Of a stretch of 64,000 nucleotides of DNA, positions 9,398 through 18,853 are shown piece after piece (the stretch's first letter is position 1; each line of letters starts with the position of its first letter). A program made the translations under genes and the position numbers. Source of the stretch: an uncultured Bacteroidales bacterium (lineage in GTDB: Bacteria > Bacteroidota > Bacteroidia > Bacteroidales > VadinHA17); NCBI GenBank assembly GCA_963813405.1, contig CAWEYU010000007.1, positions 4,310 through 68,309 of the forward strand. Reading direction: 5' to 3'. Below the pieces are notes generated by a model. It saw nothing but the letters and a program-made list of their open reading frames with translations. It had not been told where the DNA came from and did no database searches.

Positions 9398-9529
9398 ATG
9401 AAAACCCTGAATTTTGACCTTTTCGAAAATTTCCAGTTAACACTTGAAGAAATGATTTATGTTCGTGGTGGTGGTGCAAACGAAGGCGATCCTACACCAA
9501 TAGTTCCGCTTCCTCCAATTAAAGTCTGA
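9398..9529 (+). CDS. Double-glycine (GG) leader peptide precursor, 43 aa
   Basis: Own translation: MKTLNFDLFENFQLTLEEMIYVRGGGANEGDPTPIVPLPPIKV, ATG 9398, TGA 9527-9529. The leader pattern L..EEM..V.GG resembles CFB-group GG-type leaders (TIGR04149-like, from memory). A cognate C39 exporter lies at 3178-5364. Below the ORF-track length cutoff. Confidence 0.6.
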   Translation: MKTLNFDLFENFQLTLEEMIYVRGGGANEGDPTPIVPLPPIKV

Positions 9530-9813
9530 TTTTTCATTTTCATCGGAGAAGATAACTCCGGTGGGATTCTAAATATGTTCTTTCAGCTGTAATAAGGCTG
9601 AATAATTTAAGGTGCTTGTTTTCCAGAATTGGATCACTGGTTATGCGGTGAGAAATTCGGGAGTGCAAAGAGTGTAACCTGATATACTTTTCAAAGTGTC
9701 AGCATACTTGTCTGGATAGACAGAATGCTGGATCTTCGGGAGAATAAAATGTTACACGCTGATAAATGTTAACCTGCTATGGTATAAGTGAATGTATAAT
9801 AATAATTAGTGCT

Positions 9814-10554
9814 ATGAAAACAATTGATTTTTCGTATTTCGTGGAAAGGTATAATGCTGGTGAGATGGATCAGAATGAAAGAGTCTGGTTCAAAAAAGAA
9901 CTCGAAGGCAATCTATCGCTGCAAAAAGAAGTGCTCCTGAGAAAGAAGACTGATTTCATTCTTGGAAGACAGGATATAGTCTCTTTAAGGAATAAGCTGG
10001 CATCGCTTGAAAAGGCCAGGAGTGTTGAAAAGCTGGAAAAAGGAAAACTTAAATCACCCAGGATCAGATATGCTGCAATATTCACTGGTTTAGTGGTTAT
10101 TGGGAGTTTGATGTTTCTGTCATTCAGAACGGAGAGTCCCACAAAGCTCTTTAACAAATATTATCAGGTATATGATAATCCAGGAACATCAAGATCCGCT
10201 GAAGCAGCTGAAGTAGCTAGCTATAATGAAGCCCTCAAATATTTTAATACAAAACAGTACAGTAAGGCCCTTGAAGGATTCAAGTCTTGTCTGGATAAGG
10301 GCGGATCACCGCAGTTAGAGTTCCTGAGCGGTATATCAAACATGGAAATCAACCGGTATGGTGATGCGGAAGTATCTTTCGATAACGTACTCGGTCAAAA
10401 GATCAATCCGTATACAGTTGACGCAAATTGGTATCTTGCTTTGTGCTATTTAGCAACAGCCGATAAAGTAAAGGCCGAGGAACAACTTCATAACATCATT
10501 AAATCAGAGAGTATATATAAAAACAAGGCAAGAAAAATTCTTCGCCATATGTAA
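9814..10554 (+). CDS. Single-pass membrane TPR protein, anti-sigma-factor-like
   Basis: ATG 9814 (MKTIDFSYFVERYNAGEMDQNERVWFKKELE) resembles anti-sigma N-termini of the type 'YL.GEL...E...FE..L'. TM helix AAIFTGLVVIGSLMFLSF. Extracytoplasmic TPR-like C-terminus (YNEALKYFNTKQYSKALEGF...WYLALCYL). Confidence 0.55.
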   Translation: MKTIDFSYFVERYNAGEMDQNERVWFKKELEGNLSLQKEVLLRKKTDFILGRQDIVSLRNKLASLEKARSVEKLEKGKLKSPRIRYAAIFTGLVVIGSLMFLSFRTESPTKLFNKYYQVYDNPGTSRSAEAAEVASYNEALKYFNTKQYSKALEGFKSCLDKGGSPQLEFLSGISNMEINRYGDAEVSFDNVLGQKINPYTVDANWYLALCYLATADKVKAEEQLHNIIKSESIYKNKARKILRHM

Positions 10555-10580
10555 TCTATTGATAAACAGGCTTACCATTA

Positions 10581-11414
10581 ATGAGCGCAACTGGTTTAAA
10601 TATCGACAATAATAAAATTTCTCTGCCACTCAATAACATTTGTGAGGAAGAGACTAAAAAAAACATCCTTAATATGATCAATTGTCCGACATTATTGACA
10701 GGTATGTCACACGAAATGAGAACTCACATGAACTCCATTGTTGCTTTCTCGTTTCTTATGAATAATAGCGGATTTAATGAAAGTGAAAAGGAACAATTCA
10801 GCAATCATATTCTTAGTTCATGTGAGCAGTTAATGCATCTTTTTGACAATTTTCTCGATTCTGCGATAATTGATCAGGGTAATTCAATATCTGATTCGAG
10901 AAGATGTAAGATAAGCACCATTCTTGATGATCTTCTCTCTGAGTTCAGGGTAATATTAAAGAGGGAAGAACATAAAGATATTGTTCTAATTCTTGAGAAT
11001 CAGCTATCTGACCAGGCTGAATTATTCATTGACTCTGAAAGGACAACGCGGGTAATTCGTAGTTTGTTTCAAAATGCGTTGTACAATACTAAATCAGGTT
11101 CCATCAAAATTGGCTACTATTTCAGGGATAGTAATCTTATTTTCTATGTGCTTGATTCAGGTCAGGGTTATTTGAAATGCAAAGAATTTCTTCAGACTGA
11201 TAATCTAAACGATTCTCTCAGGAAACATAATGATACCTGTTCTGCATTAAACCTCACTCTTGCCAGAAAACTTGTTCTGCTTATGGAAGGCAAAGTCTGG
11301 GTCGAGCGTAACGGACCAGCGGGAACAGGAATGTATTTTTCTGTACCAGTCAGGGAAGTAAACAGTTCAAATACTATCCAAACAAATTTTTTAAATTCCA
11401 AAATAGCAATCTGA
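10581..11414 (+). CDS. Histidine kinase core (HisKA + HATPase_c) without TM or sensor domain
   Basis: H-box MSHEMRTHMNSI, N-box FQNALYNT, G1 LDSGQG, G2 GTGMYF. Only about 40 aa precede the H-box. Confidence 0.75.
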   Translation: MSATGLNIDNNKISLPLNNICEEETKKNILNMINCPTLLTGMSHEMRTHMNSIVAFSFLMNNSGFNESEKEQFSNHILSSCEQLMHLFDNFLDSAIIDQGNSISDSRRCKISTILDDLLSEFRVILKREEHKDIVLILENQLSDQAELFIDSERTTRVIRSLFQNALYNTKSGSIKIGYYFRDSNLIFYVLDSGQGYLKCKEFLQTDNLNDSLRKHNDTCSALNLTLARKLVLLMEGKVWVERNGPAGTGMYFSVPVREVNSSNTIQTNFLNSKIAI

Positions 11415-11467
11415 CCGGATCATATTGAAAGTCAGGAAAATTAGTCTGCAATAATGCTTTATCGTGA

Positions 11468-11500
11468 TAAAAGAGACCTCTGGCGAAGTCTCTTTTATTT
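11468..11500. terminator. Hairpin between convergent genes (bidirectional terminator candidate)
   Basis: taaaagagac (11468-11477), 10-nt loop, gtctctttta (11488-11497), flanked by A/T runs. Overlaps the stop codon of the OmpA-family gene. Confidence 0.5.
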
Positions 11501-13426
11501 TGGTTTACCCCCAGTTACTTTTATCTCTGTCCTTCGGTTAAGCTTTCTTCCTCCAAAAGTGATGTTGTCACCTATCGGTGAAGTAGCCCCGTAACCTGCA
11601 TATTTTAACCTTCCTGCAAGTATTCCCTTTCCAACCAGGTAATCCAACACCGATTTGGCGCGCTTTTCAGAAAGTTCAAGATTATATGCTTTGGTCCCGA
11701 TCGAATCAGTATATCCTCCAATTTCAACAGTAATGTTTTTATTATCAGAAAGGAGTTTAGCCAACCTGTTAAGTTCTGAATATGATTCCTTCTTTATTGT
11801 CCATGAGTCGAATTCATAAAATACATTTGAGAGCGTCAGTTTTTCTCCTACTCTTATCGGACTAAGGTTTATTCGCTTAATATAGGGTTCTGTTGCTGAA
11901 TGAATTCCTTCGAACATAAAATTGTCTGAATAAAAGAGATATCCATCTTTGCTTACATTCAAACCATAGTTATTATCAGGCGGTAAGCACAGAAGGAAAG
12001 TGCCTGAGAAATCTGTAAGACCGGAGACTAAAATATGACCGGTCTTCAGGTTAACAAGTTCAAAACTGGCTGTAAGCAGTCTCCCGGTTCCCTGTTCGTA
12101 AACAGTTCCTTTAAAATAGGACACTGATTCAGGCCTGACAGATTCATAAACCGTGAAAGAATAAATATCTTTCCCCCTTATCTCATCGCGCTTGGATGAG
12201 AAATATCCATTTTGTCCACTGGCATCTATTATTAATCCCATTTCATCGTTAAAGGTATTTATAGGATACCCAAGATCTTTGGGCTCGGTCCAAGTTGTAT
12301 CATCATTCATTTTTGAAAAATAGATATCAAATCCACCCATTCCGACCCTTCCATTGGATGAAAAATATAATGTTTTCCCATCAAAATGGATAAAGGGAGA
12401 CATTTCATCTTCAGTTGTATTGATGGTTTTCCCCAGATTTACAGGTGATTTCCATGTCCCGTCATCACGAAGAATTGAATACCATAAATCCATACCTCCC
12501 AATCCACCGGGTCTGTTGCTGGTAAAAAACAGCATCCTGCCATTTGCGCTAATTGAGGGTTGAGATTCCCATGCCCTGGTATTGACAGGCGGACCTATAT
12601 TAACAGGTAATATCCAGTTTTTCCCGTCGAATGAAGAATAATATATATCGCATTTCCCCTGTCCATCGGGTCTTTCACAGGCAGTAAAGTACATCGACCG
12701 GCCATCTGAAGAAAGAGTCTGTGCCCCTTCATTCTGAGGCGTATTAAGTGGATAGCCCGCATTACGTGCCTTGCTCCATTGACCATTATATAAATGGCTG
12801 ATATAAAAATCTTCCTGCGTTTTTGGGTTCGGCCGTCCCGCCGATACTTGCCTTGTAAACATGAAAATCTGTCCATCAACTGTAATTGAAGGCCAGTATT
12901 CGTCATCGGCTGTGTTTATCGAATCGCCAAGATTTACCGGACTGAATGGAACGGGATTTTTTATACTTCCAATTGCAAATTTGCAGTCTTCCAGACTTTT
13001 TAATGCACTCAATTTGTTTTTTTCTGAGATCCCGGGTTGCACCAGATAAATATTATAATCACTAAGAGCATCAGAATACCTGCCACACATCATTTCAGCA
13101 TTGGCCAATGGGAAAAAAACGGGTTTATAGTACAAGGAATCTATTCTTACAGCTTTTTTATAAAAATCGGCAGATTCGGAGAATCTTCTTTGTTTAGTCA
13201 TCATTTCACCGAGAACCATGTAAGCTTCATAGAATTTATCATCGATTCTGATCGCTTCTTTAAGGTATTTTTCAGCATTTATCAGATCTAAAAACTCATA
13301 AGTTTGTTTACCATCATTATATGCCTTAAGAGCCCTGTTTGAAATTGTATGAAGGTTTTGTGCATTTCCATCACAGTAGAAATAAAATAGAAAATAAAAG
13401 AATAATATGAAACCTCTATTTGACAT
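11495..13426 (-). CDS. OmpA-family protein with N-terminal TPR, PD40 (TolB-like beta-propeller) repeats and C-terminal OmpA domain
   Basis: Signal peptide. PD40-like units (DEYWPSITVDGQIFMFT; ESQPSISANGRMLFFTSNR; EMSPFIHFDGKTLYFSSN). OmpA motif GYTDSIGTKAYNLELSEKRAKSV...NRRTEIKV. Confidence 0.85.
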   Translation of the reverse strand: MSNRGFILFFYFLFYFYCDGNAQNLHTISNRALKAYNDGKQTYEFLDLINAEKYLKEAIRIDDKFYEAYMVLGEMMTKQRRFSESADFYKKAVRIDSLYYKPVFFPLANAEMMCGRYSDALSDYNIYLVQPGISEKNKLSALKSLEDCKFAIGSIKNPVPFSPVNLGDSINTADDEYWPSITVDGQIFMFTRQVSAGRPNPKTQEDFYISHLYNGQWSKARNAGYPLNTPQNEGAQTLSSDGRSMYFTACERPDGQGKCDIYYSSFDGKNWILPVNIGPPVNTRAWESQPSISANGRMLFFTSNRPGGLGGMDLWYSILRDDGTWKSPVNLGKTINTTEDEMSPFIHFDGKTLYFSSNGRVGMGGFDIYFSKMNDDTTWTEPKDLGYPINTFNDEMGLIIDASGQNGYFSSKRDEIRGKDIYSFTVYESVRPESVSYFKGTVYEQGTGRLLTASFELVNLKTGHILVSGLTDFSGTFLLCLPPDNNYGLNVSKDGYLFYSDNFMFEGIHSATEPYIKRINLSPIRVGEKLTLSNVFYEFDSWTIKKESYSELNRLAKLLSDNKNITVEIGGYTDSIGTKAYNLELSEKRAKSVLDYLVGKGILAGRLKYAGYGATSPIGDNITFGGRKLNRRTEIKVTGGKPK

Positions 13427-13429
13427 CCT

Positions 13430-14059
13430 CTATGGAATATGCATGAATTTATGAACCTGCAGTGATATATTCCAGTATGTGCACCTTTTCACATATTCAA
13501 CAATTTCAGGTATAATCTGTCCAAACCTGCTCCATTCCGGCTGCAAAAAAAGTTTGCACCGGTCAGAAACAAGTTCTCTGTATTTTTCTGCCCAGCTAAA
13601 ATCTGCTTTATCCTCAATAATTATTTTAAGTTCATCTGCCAGATTACACATCTCAGACAAAGGCGGTATATTTCTTTTTGGAGAAAGACAGATCCAATCC
13701 CAGTTGCCACTAAGAGGATAAGTACCGGAAGTTTCAAGATATGTACTTATTGCCCTCTTTTTTAACGAATTGCATAACAGATCAAGGTTCCACATCAGTG
13801 GCTCTCCACCAGTTACAACTACAGAATCTGCGCCAGAACCGATGGCATTTGCCACAATTTTATCTGTTTTAACAGGCGGGTGAAGATCAGGATTCCAGGA
13901 GTATCTTGAATCGCACCAGCTGCAACCCACATCGCAGCCTCCCAATCTGATAAAATAAGCAGCTTTACCAGTATTAAACCCTTCTCCCTGAATCGAATAA
14001 AACTCCTCAACCAGTGGCAATGACCGGCCTGTTTTATCGTATTTTTCTCTATTATTCAA
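13430..14059 (-). CDS. queE: 7-carboxy-7-deazaguanine synthase (radical SAM)
   Basis: FYSIQGEGFNTGKAAYFIRLGGCDVGCSWCDS is the QueE cluster-binding motif. About 209 aa. TTG start as given in the track. Confidence 0.85.
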   Translation of the reverse strand: MNNREKYDKTGRSLPLVEEFYSIQGEGFNTGKAAYFIRLGGCDVGCSWCDSRYSWNPDLHPPVKTDKIVANAIGSGADSVVVTGGEPLMWNLDLLCNSLKKRAISTYLETSGTYPLSGNWDWICLSPKRNIPPLSEMCNLADELKIIIEDKADFSWAEKYRELVSDRCKLFLQPEWSRFGQIIPEIVEYVKRCTYWNISLQVHKFMHIP

Positions 14060-14071
14060 ATCAGATTCTGA

Positions 14072-15838
14072 TTATCTATTAATACCAAACAGCAAAACGG
14101 AATCACGGGGAATTGCTTTTCTGACCCAATCTTCAGGAATCACTTTCCAGTTTTTATTTGGAGAAGGACCTATAATTCTTCTCTTCTCGATAGCTTTAAT
14201 AATGTAATATCGCAAATCTTTATCTGTGGATGAGATCAATCTGGATCTAAGCTCCTGACTGCTCAAACCCACACCTTCGGTAAGGTGTCCTCCACCACCA
14301 CTTCCCCTGTAAGAATTTACAGCTACCCTGTAGATCTTTTCTTTTTCAAAGCGTCTTTTATCTGAAAATGAAGAAATACTGATTCTTTCTCCCTCCGGTT
14401 TACTAACGTCAACAGTGTAATTTATGCCTGCTGCTGAATCAAAATTGTATGACTGATTCCTCAACCTTGCTCTCCCGTCATTTAGCACCGGTTTCCCATT
14501 TTTATCAAGCCGGTATTTCATAAGAAAGTCGTTAGCATTTTTCATTGTATTATACCATCCGGCATAAGAATATTCCAGATATTTAAGCACTTCACTTCCT
14601 GACATTTTTATTGTGTAAAGCATATTTTCGTAACGGTACAGTTTAAACATATCTCCAACCGTAACCGGACCTTTTGAAATACTGACATCAAATGAAAGCG
14701 GAGCGGCAAAGGAAATATCTGCACCGGTAATTTCGAGCTGAATGGAATGGATCATATCCACAAAACCGGAAGGTCCGAAATACGAATTCCTCGATGAAAT
14801 AGCAGCAGTTGATTCACCTATCACTTTGTCAACATAACTCCTGATAACACTATCCTGGGATGAAAAACGGAATATGAATTTCGTATCGGGCTTATAATCT
14901 TTGAGCTTAACTATAGATCCTTTAATTATTTTAACCGGTTTACCCTTGATTTTTTTAGCAGGAAAAATAATGTCAGCTTCAGCAATTTCTTCAGCCCTGC
15001 TTCCGCCGTCCAGGATCAGAACAGAATCTCCTTCAGAATTCACTATTTTTTCACTAACAGTATTATGATCGTGACCGTTAAATATCACGTCAAATCCCGG
15101 GACAGAATAAGCAACGGCAGCAGAACCATTTTCATTAAGTGTGTCTATTGATTCCCTGCGAGATGACCTGTTCCATCCTGAATGAAAAAGGCCAACAATT
15201 AAATCAGGTTTCTGAAGAAGGATTTCAGGCATCCATTTTTTTGCAGTCGTTAACATATCCCGGAACTCCATTCCTGAATATAATTCCGGAGGGAGCGACG
15301 TTGGAATTGCAGGTGTAACCAGTCCAAGAACTGCAATCTTCAGACCCTTCTTATTAATAATGGTATACGGTTTAAAATAGGGTTGACCGGTTTTAATATC
15401 TACCGCATTAGCTGCAAGCATCGGGAAATTGTAAAGTTTTCTCAGTCTGTCATAAACTGAATGTCCTGCCTCAATATCATGATTTCCAACTGTCCCGGCT
15501 TCATAACCCATATAATTCATCACCAGTGCATTAAAATGGGGTGAAACAGTATCTATAAAATTATAGTAATACTCCTGTGGCTGGCCTTGCAGATTATCGC
15601 CGTTATCAAGCAATAACAGATTTGTGCCCTTTTCCCGAAGTAAAGAGATGTAGGTTGAGGCACTGGCAAGCGATGCATCGAGTGGCTGCTTTTCTACAAA
15701 ATCAAAGGGGAGTATCACCCCATGCACATCAGTTGTCTCCAGAATGCTTATTCTCTTTGGTTTGCAGCCTGAAGAGAAGATCAGCGAGACAAGAACCAAG
15801 AGCAGAAGGTGTTTAATTGTCAGGAAATCAGGTCTCAT
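14072..15838 (-). CDS. Bifunctional metallophosphatase/5'-nucleotidase family lipoprotein
   Basis: Lipobox LIFSSGC. Metallophosphoesterase motifs TDVHG, GDNLQG, GNHDIE, GHDHN. C-terminal 5'-nucleotidase-like domain. Confidence 0.8.
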   Translation of the reverse strand: MRPDFLTIKHLLLLVLVSLIFSSGCKPKRISILETTDVHGVILPFDFVEKQPLDASLASASTYISLLREKGTNLLLLDNGDNLQGQPQEYYYNFIDTVSPHFNALVMNYMGYEAGTVGNHDIEAGHSVYDRLRKLYNFPMLAANAVDIKTGQPYFKPYTIINKKGLKIAVLGLVTPAIPTSLPPELYSGMEFRDMLTTAKKWMPEILLQKPDLIVGLFHSGWNRSSRRESIDTLNENGSAAVAYSVPGFDVIFNGHDHNTVSEKIVNSEGDSVLILDGGSRAEEIAEADIIFPAKKIKGKPVKIIKGSIVKLKDYKPDTKFIFRFSSQDSVIRSYVDKVIGESTAAISSRNSYFGPSGFVDMIHSIQLEITGADISFAAPLSFDVSISKGPVTVGDMFKLYRYENMLYTIKMSGSEVLKYLEYSYAGWYNTMKNANDFLMKYRLDKNGKPVLNDGRARLRNQSYNFDSAAGINYTVDVSKPEGERISISSFSDKRRFEKEKIYRVAVNSYRGSGGGGHLTEGVGLSSQELRSRLISSTDKDLRYYIIKAIEKRRIIGPSPNKNWKVIPEDWVRKAIPRDSVLLFGINR

Positions 15839-15899
15839 TTGATATTCAATTTAAAGAGTGTAAAAATAGCGATAATGATTGTTCATTGGTAGATTCAAA

Positions 15900-18731
15900 T
15901 CAATCTTTTATAAGTTCGTAACCGTCTTTCTTTCCTTTTTCAATTTGCGAAATACCATTTTTCATCCAGTAAGGCATCGGAGCTCCTTTGAGGTAATGAT
16001 CAAAGAATTGCATCTTTCTTATTGATATATCTTTTCTGTTTGGTCGTTTAACAAGATTATGTGCTTCGTCATTATAAGAAAGAAGCCAGGCTGGTTTATC
16101 AAGTCTGCGTAATGCTGATATAAACTCTATACCCTGGTACCATGGTACAGCTCCGTCGGCATCATTATGCATCAGCAAAAGCGGAGTATTAATTTTCGGG
16201 ACCCAGAAAATTGGGGAGTTTTCAATATACTGCAAAGGTTTATCCCATATTGTTCCTCCTATCCGGCTCTGGGTATGCTCATACTGGAACATCCTTGACA
16301 TGCCGCTTTCCCATCTTATCCCTCCATATGCACTGATCATGTTACTAACAGCTGCCCCTGCATAGGCGCAGGCAAAGAGATCTGTCCGGGTGACAAGATA
16401 AGCGATCTGGTACCCTCCCCAGCTTTGTCCATCGAGACCAAGTCTTTCCCTGTCTATAAAACTGTATCTGTCTAAGAGAGCATATGTACCGCTTACAACT
16501 GAATTATAGCAGCTTTGTCCCGGATAACCAATAACATATGGAATGTCGGGAACAAAAACCAGGTAACCGTTGCTTACGGCAAAAGTCCTGTTTATAATTG
16601 AAGCACTCGGTGCCGGAGGATTATAATTATATAATCCATCAGAACTTCGCTCATAGAAATAGACAATCATAGGATATTTCCTGGAGGGGTCAAAATTTTC
16701 AGGTTTATATAGCAGACCCTGTAACTTTTGTTTGTCAAATGACATCCATTCGACAAGTTCAACTGTACCCCAGTTATATTTACTTTGCTGCGGATTTGTA
16801 ATTGAGAGCTTTTTTGCATTACGGAAGGCCATATCACTTATATATAATTCCGGTGACTCTTCAAACGTGCCTTTTTGCCAGATAAGATTTTCAGCCTTTT
16901 TTGCTTTTGTCAATCCCCTGCCATAAGCCGATTTTCCCATTACAAGCAACGAAGGTGCAGATGACGTTCCGGCTTTAAGGGTATAAAATCCTGCCTCCTT
17001 GTTATCGTTATTAAATGCTGAGAGAAACATTAATTCTTTCTTACCAATGAAATCTGCTTCACGGTCAAGTTTCTGATACTGGAAGGTCACATTGCTTTTT
17101 CTGCCAACACTGTTTGTAATATTAACCGGATTTTCTTCACCCGTCAGGTCTGTCAACCAGATATCATACCGGTCTCTTAAAAGAATATGTTTCTCATCAT
17201 CCATCCATCCTTCAATTCCATAGGGAGCAGGATCGCTTGGGGTATCTGTCAGTTCATCATAGAGTGGAACCTTTATAGCTGAAGTAATTAGCTTCTTTAT
17301 CCCTGTTGCTATATTCAAAGAAACCCATACTCTCTCTTTTGTATCCCAGTAAGCCAGGTATTTACCTGAGGGTGAGAGACTTGCTCTTGAATCAAGCTTC
17401 TCCAGTACTTTTGTTTTAGTCCCGGTTTCAACATTTACTATATAATAGTCTGAAGGGTTGCCCCCTTCCCATGAGGATTCCTTCTGATATTTCAGATCTG
17501 AAGATCCCAAAGCTATATCATTATTTCCTTTCTGAATTGTCCTGACAGCTGGAAGATCTTTATTTGCAAGCTGGAACATTACTCCCCTGTCGACATGGTA
17601 CACGGCAAGGTAGCTTCGTTTTAACTCCTGTTCAAGTTGCTTTTTCTGCATAGGCTGTAGCGCCTGGTCATCCCATGACCATATATCAAGCTTATACTTT
17701 TCTTCTGCCAGCAGAGTATCTTCAGGTTCTTTTACTGGTTTATCAGCTGTTCCGAAATATAAACGGGTCCCATTGTCGGAGAATGATATTACACCATTTT
17801 CGCTGACAGAAAAACCTGAAGGCATGGATGCGTTTGAAGCATCAACCACTTTATTTGCTTTGTCTAATCCTTTTGCCAGATACAGATCGTAGATTTTTGT
17901 TTTGGAAGTATCCTGCGAGAAAATAAAAGAAACTCTGTCGCCAGCACTGCTTGCACTAAGTTTTTTTACTGATCCTTTCCCTTCAAACACAAGAACTGAT
18001 GTCTCTTTTTGTGTATCAAATACATTTACCTTGAAATTATCGATTTTCGAAGTATCTGAGAAGACCTGAAGGTAGCTGATTGTTTTTCCATATTTTGAAA
18101 CAACAAATTCTGTAACATCGTTATACCTGTACTCCTTATTAATTACAGGATTAATAATTACCAGTTCGGTACCTTTTGGTTCCGGAGGCTTTTTCGTTCC
18201 GGGTGAGGGTGATTTTGAAACAGTCGAGCTGTCTGCCGGAGATCTGACATCTTTTCTGACATTAGTTTTTTTCTCAAGAAGATAAGCCATCCACATTGAG
18301 CCTGATTCAGGAACTGAAAAAGACTTAACCCTCTTAATAATGCTTTGAATATTGTTCCCATCAAGCAATAGAATTCCCATGTTATTCTTAGGCATAAGAT
18401 CCTCTTTTACTTTGTCCTTCTTTGCCTTTCGTGTTTCAGCATAGGTCGGTTTAACCTGGTAAACAATGTATCTTGCGTCAGGAGAAAGAGTTGCTCGTGT
18501 TGCACAAAAAACCGAGTCTTTTTGTCCTGTTGAAATATTGCATATATATAACCAGCCATCTCCCTGCTGGGGGTTTATTTCATATATTACCCACTTCCCG
18601 TTATCGGAAATGTAAGGTGAACTGAGGGATTTCCACCCATCGTACACATTTTGATCAAGCGTGACTTTCTGAGCCCACACCATGGCAGGCATCAAAATCA
18701 GAATGATAGAAAGCAATCGGGTCTTAGTCAT
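15900..18731 (-). CDS. S9-family serine peptidase (prolyl oligopeptidase/DPP-like) with N-terminal beta-propeller
   Basis: Signal peptide. Catalytic GQSWGGY (Ser), HNDADGAVP (Asp), NDEAHNL (His). Confidence 0.85.
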   Translation of the reverse strand: MTKTRLLSIILILMPAMVWAQKVTLDQNVYDGWKSLSSPYISDNGKWVIYEINPQQGDGWLYICNISTGQKDSVFCATRATLSPDARYIVYQVKPTYAETRKAKKDKVKEDLMPKNNMGILLLDGNNIQSIIKRVKSFSVPESGSMWMAYLLEKKTNVRKDVRSPADSSTVSKSPSPGTKKPPEPKGTELVIINPVINKEYRYNDVTEFVVSKYGKTISYLQVFSDTSKIDNFKVNVFDTQKETSVLVFEGKGSVKKLSASSAGDRVSFIFSQDTSKTKIYDLYLAKGLDKANKVVDASNASMPSGFSVSENGVISFSDNGTRLYFGTADKPVKEPEDTLLAEEKYKLDIWSWDDQALQPMQKKQLEQELKRSYLAVYHVDRGVMFQLANKDLPAVRTIQKGNNDIALGSSDLKYQKESSWEGGNPSDYYIVNVETGTKTKVLEKLDSRASLSPSGKYLAYWDTKERVWVSLNIATGIKKLITSAIKVPLYDELTDTPSDPAPYGIEGWMDDEKHILLRDRYDIWLTDLTGEENPVNITNSVGRKSNVTFQYQKLDREADFIGKKELMFLSAFNNDNKEAGFYTLKAGTSSAPSLLVMGKSAYGRGLTKAKKAENLIWQKGTFEESPELYISDMAFRNAKKLSITNPQQSKYNWGTVELVEWMSFDKQKLQGLLYKPENFDPSRKYPMIVYFYERSSDGLYNYNPPAPSASIINRTFAVSNGYLVFVPDIPYVIGYPGQSCYNSVVSGTYALLDRYSFIDRERLGLDGQSWGGYQIAYLVTRTDLFACAYAGAAVSNMISAYGGIRWESGMSRMFQYEHTQSRIGGTIWDKPLQYIENSPIFWVPKINTPLLLMHNDADGAVPWYQGIEFISALRRLDKPAWLLSYNDEAHNLVKRPNRKDISIRKMQFFDHYLKGAPMPYWMKNGISQIEKGKKDGYELIKD

Positions 18732-18828
18732 ATGATTTTCTTTAGATTTTGCCGGTTAAACTTATAAAAGATTATCCATTATTAATCATTATTGAAACAT
18801 GTTATAAATCAATTAAGAGGTTTAACAA

Positions 18829-18836
18829 TATATTTG
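18829..18836 (+). promoter_or_regulatory. Candidate -7 box TATATTTG upstream of the DUF1343 gene
   Basis: Exact TAnnTTTG match ending 17 nt before ATG 18854. Confidence 0.35.
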
Positions 18837-18853
18837 TATTTTAAACTACTGCG

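Noticed and set aside
9530-9813. A second peptide gene or a riboswitch between the GG-peptide and the TM-TPR gene.
   Set aside because: Only trivial ORFs (under 10 codons) are present. The weak hairpins (cggag-N7-ctccg at 9544-9560; cagcat...atgctg near 9700-9730) have no T-run or conserved motif that I recognise.
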